A stretch of DNA of 64,000 bases from Catajapyx aquilonaris (lineage: Eukaryota): assembly GCA_000934665.2 (NCBI GenBank), contig JYFJ02001909.1:1-64000 (forward strand). The letters are read 5' to 3'. This document shows positions 50,202 through 64,000 of the stretch, piece by piece (the stretch's first letter is position 1; the number at the start of each line of letters is the position of its first letter). A model generated the notes under the pieces. It was given only the letters and a program-made list of their open reading frames with translations, was not told the DNA's origin and searched no databases. The position numbers and the translations under genes were made by a program.

Positions 50202-53200
50202 TTACGTTTTGGTGGGAGCAACAAATTGCAAAGACATCCTGTTCAGAAGTGGAAGCGTTGTACTTTGTATTTGCTGTTTATTCTCCTGCATTTCAGACTT
50301 GCTTCTCTTGCACAATATAATTCCGCAGAGCATCATTCCAACTCCCAGAATTAAGCCGATCACAAATAAAGCTGTGACTATCGTTTGAGGCACGTTTGAT
50401 CGAAGACGAATGGTCCTGAGGAACTCTTCGGGAACGTCGGCTCCCTAGAAACAACAGTAGAATGTAAATTATATTTATACCAATCTTCAACTTGACCAAT
50501 ATAATGTCATTATTGATATTCAACACTCTTTGATATTGTGGTCAAAATAGGGTCTACGAGTTCATACTAAGCAATAATAAAGAGCTTACTTCTTTCACCC
50601 ACATTATGGGCAATATGACCTTTGGGACATGTCGCAATTCGGTCAGCGCAGGGTACGGCCTCAGCAATGCGTTGAATTGCAACATCTTGACTCCTCGAAG
50701 TGGTAACCCCATCATCTGAAATTTAGACCTTGTTTCAATCACTGCGTAACTCACAATAGGATGATCACTTTGGCAACAGAAATACATATCATATACTGTC
50801 AGAAATGTATTCGTACAGATCAACAAGTAAGTAATAATACTCGAGAAATTTGTTTAAAAATACAAGTGTTGCTTATTGTTAAAATACGCAGGGACTTACG
50901 GGATGTAGGTCCATGTAAGATTGGTGCTCTTCATCTGTCGGATGTAACCCTTCTACAGCACGAAGAAGACCTTCATCGGCGTGGTAAAAATGTGGATTGG
51001 TCGTGAACAATGGTGCACCTAGGCATGGGCTCAGATCTGATAGACCGGATATGTGTTCATGGGACGATTTCTTGAAGAAGCAGGTGTTTTCAGGCCTCTG
51101 GGAAGGCGTGTAAAATATCTTATCCGGAGCTATGAATCTGTAGGCGTGTATGCCACTCACATCCACATCTCTGTCGTACTCCAGGAATATGGACCTGTCA
51201 ACATAATAATGTACATCATAAAGACGGATGCAATTTATAAATCTTCAGTAGCAGCTTCAGAGCATATAGAGTATGAAGAAGTGAGAGGATCGATGTTTGA
51301 AGCACTCCTGCAGGAAGGTTATGATGCGATCTCTCTGTACCAATTTTCACATATTTTGGCTCAGTGGTTCTTTCGCAGCTAAGAGCCGAAAAATTATTTT
51401 ATTTTGTTTTGCATTGTACTATAGGTACAAGTGAATCCTTCATTTTCAGAACGAGCAGATTCACAATGGAAATACGCGATTTTGAGCTGTGCGCCGGATT
51501 AATTTGATGGCTTCTCACTACTTGTTGTAGGCTTTAATGCAAAAGAACCGATAATACTGTACATGGAATGCCACTCAGCTAGTAACACAAGTTTATGCAG
51601 CCTATTCATACGTGAGAATTAATTGTTCTTTTTAAATGCACAATTACAGTAGGACTTCTATAACGCGAATCTCCAATATAGGATTATTATTTGTGCCACA
51701 AAGTCCGTGATAGATCTCTGGCGGAAAGCATAATATATTTTTCTCTCTCCGAATGAACGATTTTGTAGCCATTAGCAATATGAAAATGTCACTTGGATTC
51801 AAAAGTAGAAATTCAATCGTAAATATTATTGCCAACAGTTCGAATTAAGATGAACTTCGAGACGCAGAAATTCGTCTATGTGAAGTTCCATTCCTAATAC
51901 TCGTAAGATACTTTACATTGTGACCGTCAATTTTCTCTTTTTTTTGACCTAGTTAATATAAGAACTTTGACTTAGGAATGTTAGACCTATATAAGTTCCA
52001 GTGCATTTCAAACATTTTCCTGGTAGGTTGTAACTGTTATCGTAGAAGAAAACAGACTTGAAAGAAACTGACGTAGCCTAGTATAGCTTACGAGAGAACT
52101 GCAGCATATTACTGGACAAAAACAATGTGGCTTTGTTCTTCATTTCAAGAAAGGAATATACCATACTGTATATAAGGATCTTGCTCATTAATCAGCAAGA
52201 TCCTTATACAGATATTCTTTCCGAAGGAACGGTTTTTTTTGACCTTCAAAGTCATCAAAGCAATAGTAGCTATAAATGCAGCTAAAATAATATACGTACT
52301 GTACAGTATATCATTGCACCAAAGGGGTCTTAGTAAGCTGCCAATAAGTATTATAATAGAAGTGCCAACACTACCGTAGTACATGCATTCACCAGTGTTG
52401 ACACTTCTTTATATCATACACCATACACATATTTGTCCACCAAATATACTGCTTTAGTTGACTTCTATGATTATTTTGATGTTGTAAGCAAACTCTATAA
52501 TCCCACCTGCAGGCATCTTTTGCAAAGACGTATAGCCTCTCGTCCCTGTTGAGGAAGGGGTGAAACATCGTTCCGTCTGATCCGTTGATCATGTTGCAGT
52601 ATTTATCATCCCATGCACCCACAGATGGAGAGCCCATGTAGCTAGTGATGGTCCCCAAGTTGTTAATGTCGTCCTCACCAGTGCGAACAGTGAACGGACC
52701 AATTTTGGTGCCGTTGTTCTGTAAAAACAAGTACAACTGCAGTACGTACTGTACATTGTAGTTACATGTGGGTGTTTTTCTTAGAATAAATATATTACCA
52801 GTCCCATAAGCGAAAATTTTCCTCCGTGGAATGTATCTGAACCCATAAAGAACTGGGCTTGAGCAATCAGAGGGTTGTAATACCCTTCGAAGAGGATTTC
52901 TCTAACGGTTTTGGTGACAAACAGGTGCTGCTTCATTCCTTTCAGGATCATGTTGACTAATATTGCACTTGGCTTCCAATCAGCAGCTCCTTGCAACATC
53001 GCCACCGCTGCCTGTGAAGTCGAGGTGATTAATATTGACCATTGCATGAATGAAAACTAGAGGTATACAGTTCTGCACTTTTCTACCCAAGAAAGTCATA
53101 CCGTATCTGCAAAAGGCCAAATTGGCGCCATTAGTTGAAACACTTGCAGACCAAATAATTTCTGCTATAATAACACTAACACATGAAAGCAAGAGTTTTT

Positions 53201-54212
53201 ACACATTGACCTAGACACCCAAGGTTGTGAATTTTATTATTTATTATCGGAACCTTCAAATCATTAAGAAACGGCTATTTTAGTCGGCAATGTCGGCAGT
53301 AGAAGCGGACCTTTACTGGTACATACCATATGTGCAGTAATCTACGTATTACTCTATTATGTAAGAAACTATTGCGGATCTCAGGAATCGTAGCCAATTT
53401 TGGGTTTTCATTGTCATATGCATGTTCTAATAAATGTCTACTTTAATATCTGAAGTTTGACTTTTGTCAAAATTTGTTGCCCATTGTAATTTCATCGAAT
53501 TATTTTTATGCTGTTGAGGTAGAAATGTATAGTACTTGTACATAAATTATCTACCAAAAGATTACAATAATTATTCTAGCACCTGAATGATCATGTTTTC
53601 GGAAAAAATTGACACACCCACACCCTGGCAAAAAATGTCATTCTACCTGCCCCACTCGCCTCCCTCTGTTATAGAGTATTGAGCTTGAAAAGAAATACTA
53701 GTTAGCATACTGCACATTATTTTGGAGTCACGTTTTAGACTTCTTCTCATCATCGAAAAAAGTCTTATATAACGGCTCTGTCTGTCTGTCTGTCTGTGGA
53801 CAGGTATCAGGGCCTCAACCGCAAAAGATAGCGACAAACGGTTTTCATATTCGGATTAAGCGTGACCTAAATAGGTGCCATGGTTAACTTCCGGTGACGG
53901 GTGACCCGTCACTTCCTGTTTTCCGGGTTCACTCTATCCGCAAAAGTCTACTTGAAAGAATGAGAAAAAGTCTATTCTCATCACGCTCACGTGATTTGCC
54001 AATATTGTGCAGTATTATACAGTACAGTAGAGTAGGCTACTGTAAAACTTACCAAGAGTGGCACATTGACCGTGGTGACTAGGTCATCTTCACTCCCTTT
54101 GGATAGCGACGGTTGAGAGAAATAGGTGCGAGATTCCAGGTAAGACACAGTCGCATCACTATGTAAAGTCACATTGTGTTTTTTCCTCATTTGGCTAGAA
54201 AAAGTGAATGCA

Positions 54213-54250
<38 letters not shown>

Positions 54251-55614
54251 ACAGTGTTGTTCGTGGGATTTGAGCTAACTTCCCTTCCGTGATTCCCTTA
54301 CTCAGGCCCGGTTTCACCAAGCCCGGTTTTGATAAAACCCCGGTTCTTTCGGAAAATCCCTATTCTACTCGTATTTGAGTTATGACAATATCAGCATAAA
54401 ATGAATGATGACCGTCATATTATGAATATTAATTGAGTACTGTCGGTAGGCCATGTTTGGAGGATTTATCCTTCAGTGCTCTTGTAATGTTTAATGTTGA
54501 CAACAATCTCAAGGACAAATCCTCCGTCAGCAGTGGTGCAAGAAGGCTGTACTACTAAGAATTTCAAATAAACATCAGGCCTGATGTTAATCAAAACACC
54601 AGATTTGGGTTTAATGTAACCCACGCAAGTTGTTACCATTTCGTAGCAGCGTCAGCAGCAGTCTATATAACTAATTCGTACTCTCTGCATTTGTTTTACT
54701 CGCTATGAATTAGCAGCAATGCGAATTTCCACGATCACTAGTATATACACACAGTTCACAATGCCACAATAATTCACCAGCCAATAATTCAACCAAATTC
54801 CCCAAGAAATATCGTCAGAGAAATTAATTTGCCTTATTATGGGCTTCATCTAAGACCGGTTTTATGAAAGCAAATTAGGAAATTTTTCCGATTATTCACA
54901 CGCATTCACAACGCTTAATCGAAGATTTTCTACTCAATTTACGTTTATACAACCGGTCCTAAAATATGTAAAACCACATACCAGTAGCTATCACATGTCT
55001 AGATTAAAAAGACACGCCTATCAATTTATATGTAGCATTAGAATGTGATAATTTTATTACAAGCCAAAATATTAACTTACTGATAAGCATATCCTCCAAC
55101 CTCTTGAAGCTTGGGTTTTGCACCGAGATTTTTAATTTCCTCTGGATTTGTGATATTAAATATGTAGATATAAGTCATCACAGGGAAAGGGACTTCTTTC
55201 CATGGCTCCCATATTTCTGATCCAGGGTACAGGTACAGATTCTGAGATGTAAGAGTCATCGGGTAAAGAAAGGTCAAATAATATCATTATTGATGAACAG
55301 TTTTTGTGCAAGCCAGATATTATTAAATTTCAGTGTATTCTTCTAGTATACTTACATAATAACTATCATAATATAAAAATTCAAATTAAGGAGATATTGA
55401 TTTTGTTATGACGATTATTAATGAAAAATACACTTCTTTACTACTCGTACACAATAGGCAAATAAATAAGTGACAATAATCAGAAACATACCTTTTGTAT
55501 GTATATTTCAAGAGCCTTCGGAAAAGCGTAATACTTGACAAAGAATGAGGCACATATGGTAACGAAACCTCCGACGACAACGGACAGCTGAAATCTTGTA
55601 ATGTTGCTCAGCAT
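50202..55614 (-). CDS. CD36 / scavenger receptor class B family protein (SNMP/croquemort-like), 8 exons, 504 aa
   Basis: Exons 55492-55614, 55081-55241, 54053-54194, 52799-53011, 52507-52718, 50900-51194, 50590-50715 and 50202-50444, all GT-AG and in phase (1515 nt). It has an N-terminal TM segment (LSVVVGGFVTICASFFV), YIFNITNPEE, PKLQEVGGYAY, CNMINGSDGTMFHP, PHFYHAD, ILPIMWV and a C-terminal TM segment. Confidence 0.93.
53733..54008 (+). mobile_element. DINE-1/HINE-like non-autonomous Helentron, copy 2 (CD36-gene intron)
   Basis: TAGACTTCTTCTCAT...ATGAGAAAAAGTCTA subterminal IRs, (CTGT)n microsatellite and 3' hairpin ATCACG-ctca-CGTGAT (53980-53995). Aligns with 403-816. Confidence 0.8.
54213..54249. 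repeat. (ATT)n microsatellite
   Basis: Direct reading. Confidence 0.95.
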
Positions 55615-57150
55615 CTTGCCCAAGCACAGCACTAGTAGGCCTACTGCTGCATGCTCTGCAATTAAATGTAATATACACTGTACAGTAACTCAGTTGTTGT
55701 AATAAAACATTAAAATGATTATGGACTCTCTGGGTCACGTATTGCATGTGTACAGCAACTGTGCGTGATTTACCCGTTTGAATGTTATTTGTAGTTTGAG
55801 AGAGATCAAGTCCCAGTAAATTATACTTGTGCATCAATTAATTCTGATGTAGACCCTAAGCACATGGTCAAAAGTTAGTGCAAGATTAGTTAGCCCTGCA
55901 TGAAACTGATGATAGTGTTTCATCATAAATTCTGTAAGTATAGGTTTGTCATATGAAATGCGTTCTACATTTTTGACCACATTACAAATAAGGATTACTG
56001 TGATGCAGCGTGCAGCATCTGTAAAAAAAATATCTTCAGAATGTATGCCTTGTATACTCTGTATTATTACAATGTAATGCGCCTGCGTACTATAGTACAT
56101 ATCAAGAGAAGAGAATACAATGGAATAATCTTATGATTCCCACAAGAACAACATCACAAGATATCACAAGATAGTAACATCATAAATCGGTATGAACAAG
56201 CTATAGTTATAATAAATTGTAAGTTACTCCGTTTTGCATTTTTAAAATAAATCTTGGCTGCTAATCCGGAATATGTCTTATGAATTTTAATATAGTGAGT
56301 GGCCTACCTTTCTCATTCTACCAGTTTTAAGACGTTCCCCTCGTGTTTGCCGACTTGTGTATATTAGTAATGCCTGCTGGCAAAATGTATGTATCACCCT
56401 ATACTTAAGTTGGAATTATTCTGGATTAGACACGCATGTCCTTGAGAGATGCTGGGGTTTCTGATGGGGAAGATCATAACGCCCATTCTATACGTCATTA
56501 GTTGCGTTGTTCTACCTCTAAATGCTCTGATGGGATGTGTACCGGTACTGTTGATGCCCGCGAACTGTCCGAAATATCCATGAACTGTAGCATACTCGAG
56601 ATACGCTTACCAAACCACGTACAGTGCCGTAGCTCATGAAAATTCGCCAACCAGTGGAGAGCCACCTGTGTTTATTAGGAACACCTGTGGCCCATATAAC
56701 AAATGTGACCTTATGTCTATATACAAGTAGTACTTCCGTAAGTGGGGGTAACTTTGTGACAGTTTTTGAGGTTTTTCGTATCAGCAGAAACGGCGGTTTA
56801 ATGTTTTACCAACAAAATGTCTTATTAAAGTTTCTACCCTCATCCTTCCTGTACATATCCGTGTGCAGATCATATCGATGACTTCATCCGTTACTAAAAT
56901 ATTTTCTTAAGGTGAAACATGAGGAACAGAAAATGTAACAAAGTTACCCCACAAACTTCTAATTTTAGACAAATTTTCGTCTTTATAATGATATATTATT
57001 TTATTAAATTGATCATAAATAATGTAATATTAAGAAAAACATTTTGTCAATTTTGTGGTCTTTTCGTTTAAGTCAGTCGTAAACTTCTCGAGGGCTGATT
57101 TCTTTGGATTTTCATTTGGATGTGTACCAGAATAATTTCGAGTGGTACGG

Positions 57151-57310
57151 TAGGCCTATACCCTAACAGGGTATAGGCCTAAAAGATTTTGGCTGTCAGC
57201 GCCTTTGGCTGTCAGCGCTTTTGGCTGTCAGGGAATTGGCGGTAAAAGATTTTGGCTGTCAGGGCTTTTGGCTGTCATGGTTTTTGGCTGTCAGGCAGGC
57301 GACCCACCCT
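57151..57310. repeat. Palindrome plus ~16-bp minisatellite (TTTGGCTGTCA core, six copies)
   Basis: TAGGCCTATACCCT-aac-AGGGTATAGGCCTA followed by tandem TTTTGGCTGTCAG(C/G)GC units. Confidence 0.85.
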
Positions 57311-59632
57311 AAAGGACTGGGACATAGGTCAAAACAGTAAATAATATCCGTGGACTAACTTTGTGACAAGTTGATGCTGTCACAAAGTCACCCCGCAAAA
57401 GTACGAAATTCATCAAATACCCTCGTAGCTCCTATAAAACCAGTTCAATCTTGCATCATGTTATATCATTTCTTAGCCAATGAATTTGTCTTCAAAATAT
57501 GTTACATGGTTTACTCTCATCGCAACTATGCGAGTCGCTATTAGGGAAGTGCCAACAATCCTCGCCGTTTGCGTACTTGGAATGTGACGGCCAACAATGC
57601 ACGAGATGTGGGAGCTTTTCCAGCTGTCTGCTAGGTGGCATCACATTCGCAGCCATCTACTGGCAAAGGTTTCAGACTTTCAGTCAAAAAGCTAAAATAC
57701 GAGTAATAGTGGCGCGTGATTCGAAAAATTGATTTGTCACAAAGTCTTACGGTTCCCTAAAGGCGTTTTAAATTTTTTAAAAAGCTTTACCCCATTGAGG
57801 GAACAGCGCCCTTTTAGGGGGGTGGATTACCACCATTTTTCTTACGAAAAGTTTTTCGCATTCATTTTCTCTCCCTAAAAGCCATATTTAATTGGTACAG
57901 TAGGAGTAGCTTAGCAAGTATAATCGCTACTTTACTGTTCAGGACAACATCCATTATTTCAGGGGCAGAGTGAATTTTAAAACGCATAATGTTCGCTTTT
58001 CGTGTCAATCATGGTAAAATGATGCCCGATGCTTACATTACGTATGCTGCAAAATTAAATAGAGTCGCAAATGTTCTGTTGAAAAAGAGTTTGCATTTTA
58101 TAATAATTTTACTATTTCAGTCATTAATTTATTTCCGCTAGTAGATACTTCTGTTCTGACTGCACTTCACAGCACATAAACTGTCCTATTGGATAGCACA
58201 ACTATAAAATCATACTTGTACGTTTAAGCCCCACACTCACGTAGTTTGGTTTCTAGGACCGTTCGTTGCGGGCAGATTTTCTTTCCTTGTCGAGAACGTG
58301 TACATTACATGGTTCTGGTTATCTCAAGTTTCCGGGAAGGAAAAATGCCAGTCATTCTGAGATACATAAGCAGTGTCACTCGCTCTTTGCACAGGAATAG
58401 ATAAATGATAACTTTTTCGTCCATACTCAGTGAGTTATACAGTGTATTTAATTTATTGTTATTATTTTTTTCATCGCACTTCCTTTCCTTACATATATCA
58501 ATAAAAAGCTAATAATTGATGTAAGAATAATTCGTCACAAGCAAATGATTCACTCTTAGTACATTTCATGATTATTACATGGAGATTCTCCAGTTATTGG
58601 CCAATTTATCAAAAATTCTATTAGGGGTAATGAATCGTTCTTGGACCATTACACCATAACACTTAACACAGCAATTATACTCAGACTGTACCTAATAAAA
58701 ATCGGCCCAACCACCCACCGAGAAAAGTGGCATTCAAATGTAACCAAAGCCAAAAACCTAATCCCAGGCTTATTTCCAAGCTTGTATTACCTATGAGCTA
58801 TTATGACATTCATCCTGCACATTTGTAATCATCATAGTAGGCTACTGCAGGTGCACATGACATGTTGATGATTTCATCTGAGTTTCACTGGTTTCACAAA
58901 AATTGTCGGGGTAAAAAAATGTTACTGTTATACAATGTCGCGTATTTTTGAACATTTAAATTGGCATGTTAATTATACTAGCGCCATTAATCCTTCACGT
59001 CGTCGTGTCCTTCATTTAGCGTATGTGAGTAATAATGATTACGGTATTGTGATAACACTATGCAGCACAATTTGTCAATGGAAATTTATTGCTATTTTCA
59101 TGTTCCTTAGATCACAAGTAGGCCTAACTCATAATGGGCATTCATTTTATCTGTGATTTGTTTTTGACCTCGGGGCAGTCAAAAAAACCAAATCCTCAAA
59201 TATAGCAGGTTTTTCCCAATCAGGTGGGCCTAAATGTTGCTAGACCATCTCGGATCTTTCTGAAAAGAATCACAGCTGTACACACTTATGCCATAACACT
59301 GCATATCAAGTTTCAGCCAAATTGCGAAATACCGTAGAGAGGGAAAATTCGCCAAATTTTTAAAACTGATGGGGCCCCCTTTTTGGATAATTTTTCCGGT
59401 TATTGGAAGTGGTCAAAACTCAATCAACATATACATCAAATGAAAGAGAAACGCGAGTAGAATGTGATTATGGAATTTGTTTTTCTAGAAAATGCCCTCA
59501 GAAAAACATGTGGGGCATTTCATCAGTCACATGTCCACGAATTCCCTGAGTTGCCTCCTTGCCAGCTAAGTAGACGGACACGTGAGGGGCGCTCTCCCTC
59601 AAGGCCGTACATTGGCATTTAAATCCGTTAAA

Positions 59633-60100
59633 ATGGGGGTGTCCAAGGAAGAAATGGTTGATCTGCTGCAAACCTTGGAGAAGAAGCTGGATACTAAGAT
59701 TCAGGGGGCAATTGAGTCGATAACCGAGAAGTTAACAACGGAGCTCACGAAGATCCTGGACAAGAAGACGGAAGAGCAAAACGAAAAGGTGAACAAGCTC
59801 CATTCCATGGTGTCGGACCTTGCGAACCAGCTCCAATTTTCGACTTCCAAGATTCTGGCACTTGAATCCAGAATTGTCGACATGGAAGACCGAGGTAGGA
59901 GGAAGAACATCATCACTTTTGGGTTGGCTCCCGATGGTCAGGAAACGTGGGGGGATACCGAACTCAAGGTGCTGAAGACTATCCAACCTCGGTGTCCTCC
60001 CTCCCAACCTCAATTTGCCTATCGAACGCAGCCATCGAATGGGGCGATTTATCTCGGATCGAGTGCGGCCAATCATTTTGAGTCCAAATCAATGAGTTAC
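59633..60100 (+). pseudogene. Truncated, frameshifted LINE ORF1 (L1-type coiled coil + RRM) remnant
   Basis: Coiled coil, then LESRIVDMEDRGRRKNIITFGL...ETWGDTE. After a frameshift at ~59990 it reads LPIERSHRMGRFISDRVRPII, matching the RRxN(I/L)...IERAHR...RPII ORF1 pattern. No ORF2 follows. Confidence 0.8.
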
Positions 60101-63100
60101 TCCTATGGAAAAGTATTTCATAACCCGAGCAACGCCGGGTATCCTGCTAGTTATCAATAAAATAGGTTCATACCAAAATTAAGTTGTTACATGTAATTGG
60201 TACAGTGATAATATATTAATCTAGGTAACGGACTGGACAAAATATATTTAACTGAGCCGACATTTTTGTCCTTGGATAAAAATGGGTTAAGAGAATGGGT
60301 CTGAAGTAAGCATTCATCTATTCTTCATGAAGGTCATTACACAGAAACACCAAAATTTTGGTTGACATACGAGTTTTAAAAGCAAACAAAGTTGCTTTTA
60401 AACCTTCACTTTTCACCGAAATGTCCCTTTTCGCGTGGAATGGCACTATTTTTGTCTAACATGTCCGTGATATTTTTTCGCGAGTGGCTCTAAGTTTTTT
60501 TTTTTGGCGATAATCCATGTGTATGTGTGTGCATGTGCTTTTACACAACAAAATCTGAAATGGTTGCGCAACCACTTAATTTCCAATTACTGCCTGAACT
60601 GAGGTGGAATGTACAAGTACAATATTATAAGGAGCATATTTCTTTAAAAAAAATCACAATTCCCTTATTACTTGCTGAGAAACAATAGGCCTACTTGCAC
60701 AATCTGCCGCATCTATTCACAGTATCATACATCAAAATAGGTTCAAAATAGGTTGAGCTTGAAAGTGGACAAGTTATGACACGTAATAGGATGTTTTTTT
60801 TCTTCCAAAACCAATCTAACAGAAATATATTCAGCTATTCCACTCTCCCAGGGTATTCCTGAGCCTGGGCCTAAAAATACTGTCCGTTTACACAGGTTCC
60901 ATTACATTAGGCAAAAATTCGAGGCAATATTCCCTGTCGAGACAGCAAATTTATTCCGTAGTAAACAAGTCCCCGCTATATCCAGGGTCCGTTATAGGCA
61001 AATACTGCATAACAAGAGTTTAATAAGATCCTGCACAAGTATAGTGAAAAGTATCCGTGCATAGTTCATTTTCTACACCAATCCCAAGGCAAATCCTTCG
61101 AGCATGTCATCCCTTTAAAAAAATCACATTTGTAATACAATCGACTAGAAGCTACGTATAGTGCTCACTACCACAACACAACCGAGATTATTATTCCATT
61201 CTCATGATCACATGCTATGAATAGGCTTGGAGGATGTTTGCGAAACGAGCCGTGGCATGCTGACTGCGCCAAATATCCCGTACCAAGTGCTAACAGCCGG
61301 TGTCACATGACAACATTGATAAGGCTTGAAGGGACGCCAACTCCCGATGGATAATTACAACGCATCACTGAGTCATGCTTGGGGTCAACTGGAAGAAAAC
61401 TATAGAGTGACAAATGTAGTTCCCAGGTATGTTTAAAGGATTATTGTTTTTTTATCAACTTGATTCAAAATTAAAAGATAAGTTTGCTGAAGGCTGCCCC
61501 TTCATGATATTTCACTTGCCCAATTAACAATGGATACCGTCCTTCACACTGTGGCATAAGGCTACCTTTTCTTCACCTTGGGCAATTTTGCCCAAGGTGA
61601 ATAACTTAGATTTTCTTGTAGACTAGTAACGGATTTGTGTGGCCAGGCTATTGCAGTGGCCTTTTCAAGTGGTCAAATAGATGAGAAGTTCTTATATTGG
61701 GGTAGGTCTGAGCCATTCAGTTATAATGCTATGGAGATTTTTAATTTTGTAGATATCTCCAGGGTGGTTCTAATCGTCTACAAACAAGCATATAGATACA
61801 TGTCTATGTTGCTTTTGACAAGGCTGGTTAACGATGCCCATGACCTCACTATACAGTAGATGACGTTCCATATTTTTGATCAGAGGATAGTACACTGAAG
61901 CCCGCTGAAGCCACGTGACTCTCCGATGCATGTTGTGATACTCACCTACAAAACTGGAGTGTCAACCTGTAGTCCAGACCGGTCCAGACAGTATTCTGTA
62001 GCTCACCACACCAGCCTCGACATCAGTAAACTTAAACGCGTCTGCTCCACTTCTCTTCCTGACTCACTCTGGCTCCGACACAAGAATGCCTTCCATATCC
62101 CCAACACCCCCCCCCCCCCCCCCCNCCCCCCCCCCAACTCGTGACATTGGAACTATATGCAGTCATTATTATCTCGGCATCATTAAAAAGGATCAAAGGC
62201 CGCAATTACAATAAAACATACCCTCTGACGTGAGGATGTTGGAAATAAAGAATAATTTACTTGTACAATAGTGAGCATGTATTTTTATCGCTTCCTACTC
62301 ACTCTCCGTGTCATTGACCATGTTGTGCAATGCGTACCGTATCCTTCACACGCGCAGTAAATACAAATTATATGGCGTGCTTTAGAAAGAATAATATTTT
62401 CGACTCTTGAGCTCCAAGATATGGCCTGATAATGATACAAATTGTTGTAAGTGGTTGTAACTAAATAATTGATGCAATTCATGTCAGTGGGAGTTGGAGT
62501 TGACAGGTTTGACAGCGACATGCCTTGACTCCAGCTCTCATCAAATCGTGCTACTGGTTACTTTCAGAAAAAACGGCGGTAATTATGGCTAACGAGGTAT
62601 AGATCCTATTCCTATACAGAAAATCTGTGAGAATTAATGTCCTTCTCAGAAGGGCTATCACGGGGTAATAAAAATAAAAATAATGTCCTTCTCAGAACAT
62701 TCTTCAGTAATAATAATATTACATTATAACAGTAACAAACAAGAACGTACGTATTTAACACCACAGACAGCTTGCCTGACACTCGCAAATAATAAATATT
62801 AATACTAATAAAACTGTTTACGTATGCTATATTACCAAATTGCAAAAATCAGCCGTAGATAAGTGACGTTTGCCATTCTTTGTAAATGTTGTGGAAATTT
62901 ACGGTATCACGCATTTATTTTATTGGTGAACTTGAAAAACTTAGTATATTTTATGTATTGTGCAGTACAGTATCATGTCCTGCATAATAGATTGCATTGT
63001 TCGGTTATTCGCGAAAAACTCTTTCCTCTCTAGTGACGTAAGGTGTGGTTGATACAGGTGCGAGTTGAATCTTCTGAAGGTACATAATTTCGGAAATTTA

Positions 63101-64000
63101 TTCTATAAATTGGAAAAGAAAACACATGTGAACTGTGGATAACGTCATTTTTTCTGCGAAAGAAATGCAGCCCTACGCAAAAAAAAACCGCAAGCTGTGA
63201 ATAGGAACATGGGTGCCCTCGATGGGTATTCCCGGGACTGTAAGTTTTGGCAACAGCGGCTACCTTTTAGGTGGGTTCCGAGACATTTACTAATCCCTTT
63301 GGGACCCAGCCTTCCCTTATAATTATTATCAGAACCTTGGACACTGATGTTTTTTTAATACGATTTTTGGGGTATTCTTGGCAGCTTTTAAAAATCCACT
63401 ATATCGATATCCAATGTTTACGTATAAAATTATATAGATTATCGTAATTCTAGATAATGCATATTAGGCTATTCCCCACTATTTATTAACGAGTTAGGCT
63501 TTTTTTTACATAAACAGAGGTTATTTATCAATATTATGATATTCACATAATCCGCCAAATTTTACTTAAAAATGTGCATTTGATAAAGCTGACATGATTA
63601 AAAAAGAGCAGTTTACTGTTTACATGCTCCTTGTAATTAAAGTTAGGTCGAGGACCAAAGGGATTAGCAGCTCTCTCGGAATTTTGTTGTGTTCTTTTGG
63701 TGATGTTAGAGTTATAGATATACAGTAACAGTAGTAGTTGCAATCACCTTCCACCTTCAATGGTGTCACACTCGTGTCCACTGAACAAAATGCACTGATA
63801 TTTTGTGGCTAGATTTCTGGACACAATTCAATATTCAGATGTGATGCTCTTTTACTGGAAGTAACTTAATAAAATAATTTGCAGACTCAATTATTTTAAT
63901 TCATTGGTATAAGAGTATGAGAGCATGAAGTTGGAAGAGCTGCCGTTAGGGATCGTGCTTTGCCAGCAATGAAGTCGGTAAGAAAATACAAAATATGATA

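Noticed and set aside
57181..57296. CRISPR-like array
   Set aside because: Units are ~16 bp, abutting, with no unique spacers or cas genes, in a eukaryotic context.
58241..58305. Upstream coding exon for the CD36 gene
   Set aside because: Good GTGAGT donor, but the ATG frame is phase 2 while the acceptor at 55631 needs phase 1; at most a 5' UTR exon.

Overview
Eukaryotic (arthropod, most likely insect) genomic DNA. All four protein-coding genes lie on the minus strand. (1) The first two coding exons of a PH-domain gene at 1645-2980, best matching arthropod INPP4 (PLEKHJ1 is the alternative); it continues off the left edge. (2) A complete 18-coding-exon TAF1 at 12561-38304, 1879 aa when spliced by hand. 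(3) An intronless 995-aa ORF at 44037-47024, with about 11 endosymbiont-style ankyrin repeats, a K/P/E/T-rich linker and a glycine-rich C-terminal domain I cannot assign. This is the most interesting object in the window and a candidate domesticated horizontal transfer. (4) A complete 8-exon CD36/scavenger receptor class B gene at 50202-55614 (504 aa). Introns and intergenic DNA are packed with non-autonomous mobile elements, often nested: Tc1/mariner/pogo, hAT, piggyBac, Harbinger and Kolobok-type MITEs, DINE-1-like Helentron derivatives, fold-back palindromes, and LINE fragments. Three tRNA-derived SINE families share a 3' stem-loop architecture, and one carries a V-SINE-like core. No prokaryotic operons, CRISPR arrays or rRNA were seen. 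Family assignments come from recalled motifs and by-eye alignment; no searches were run.
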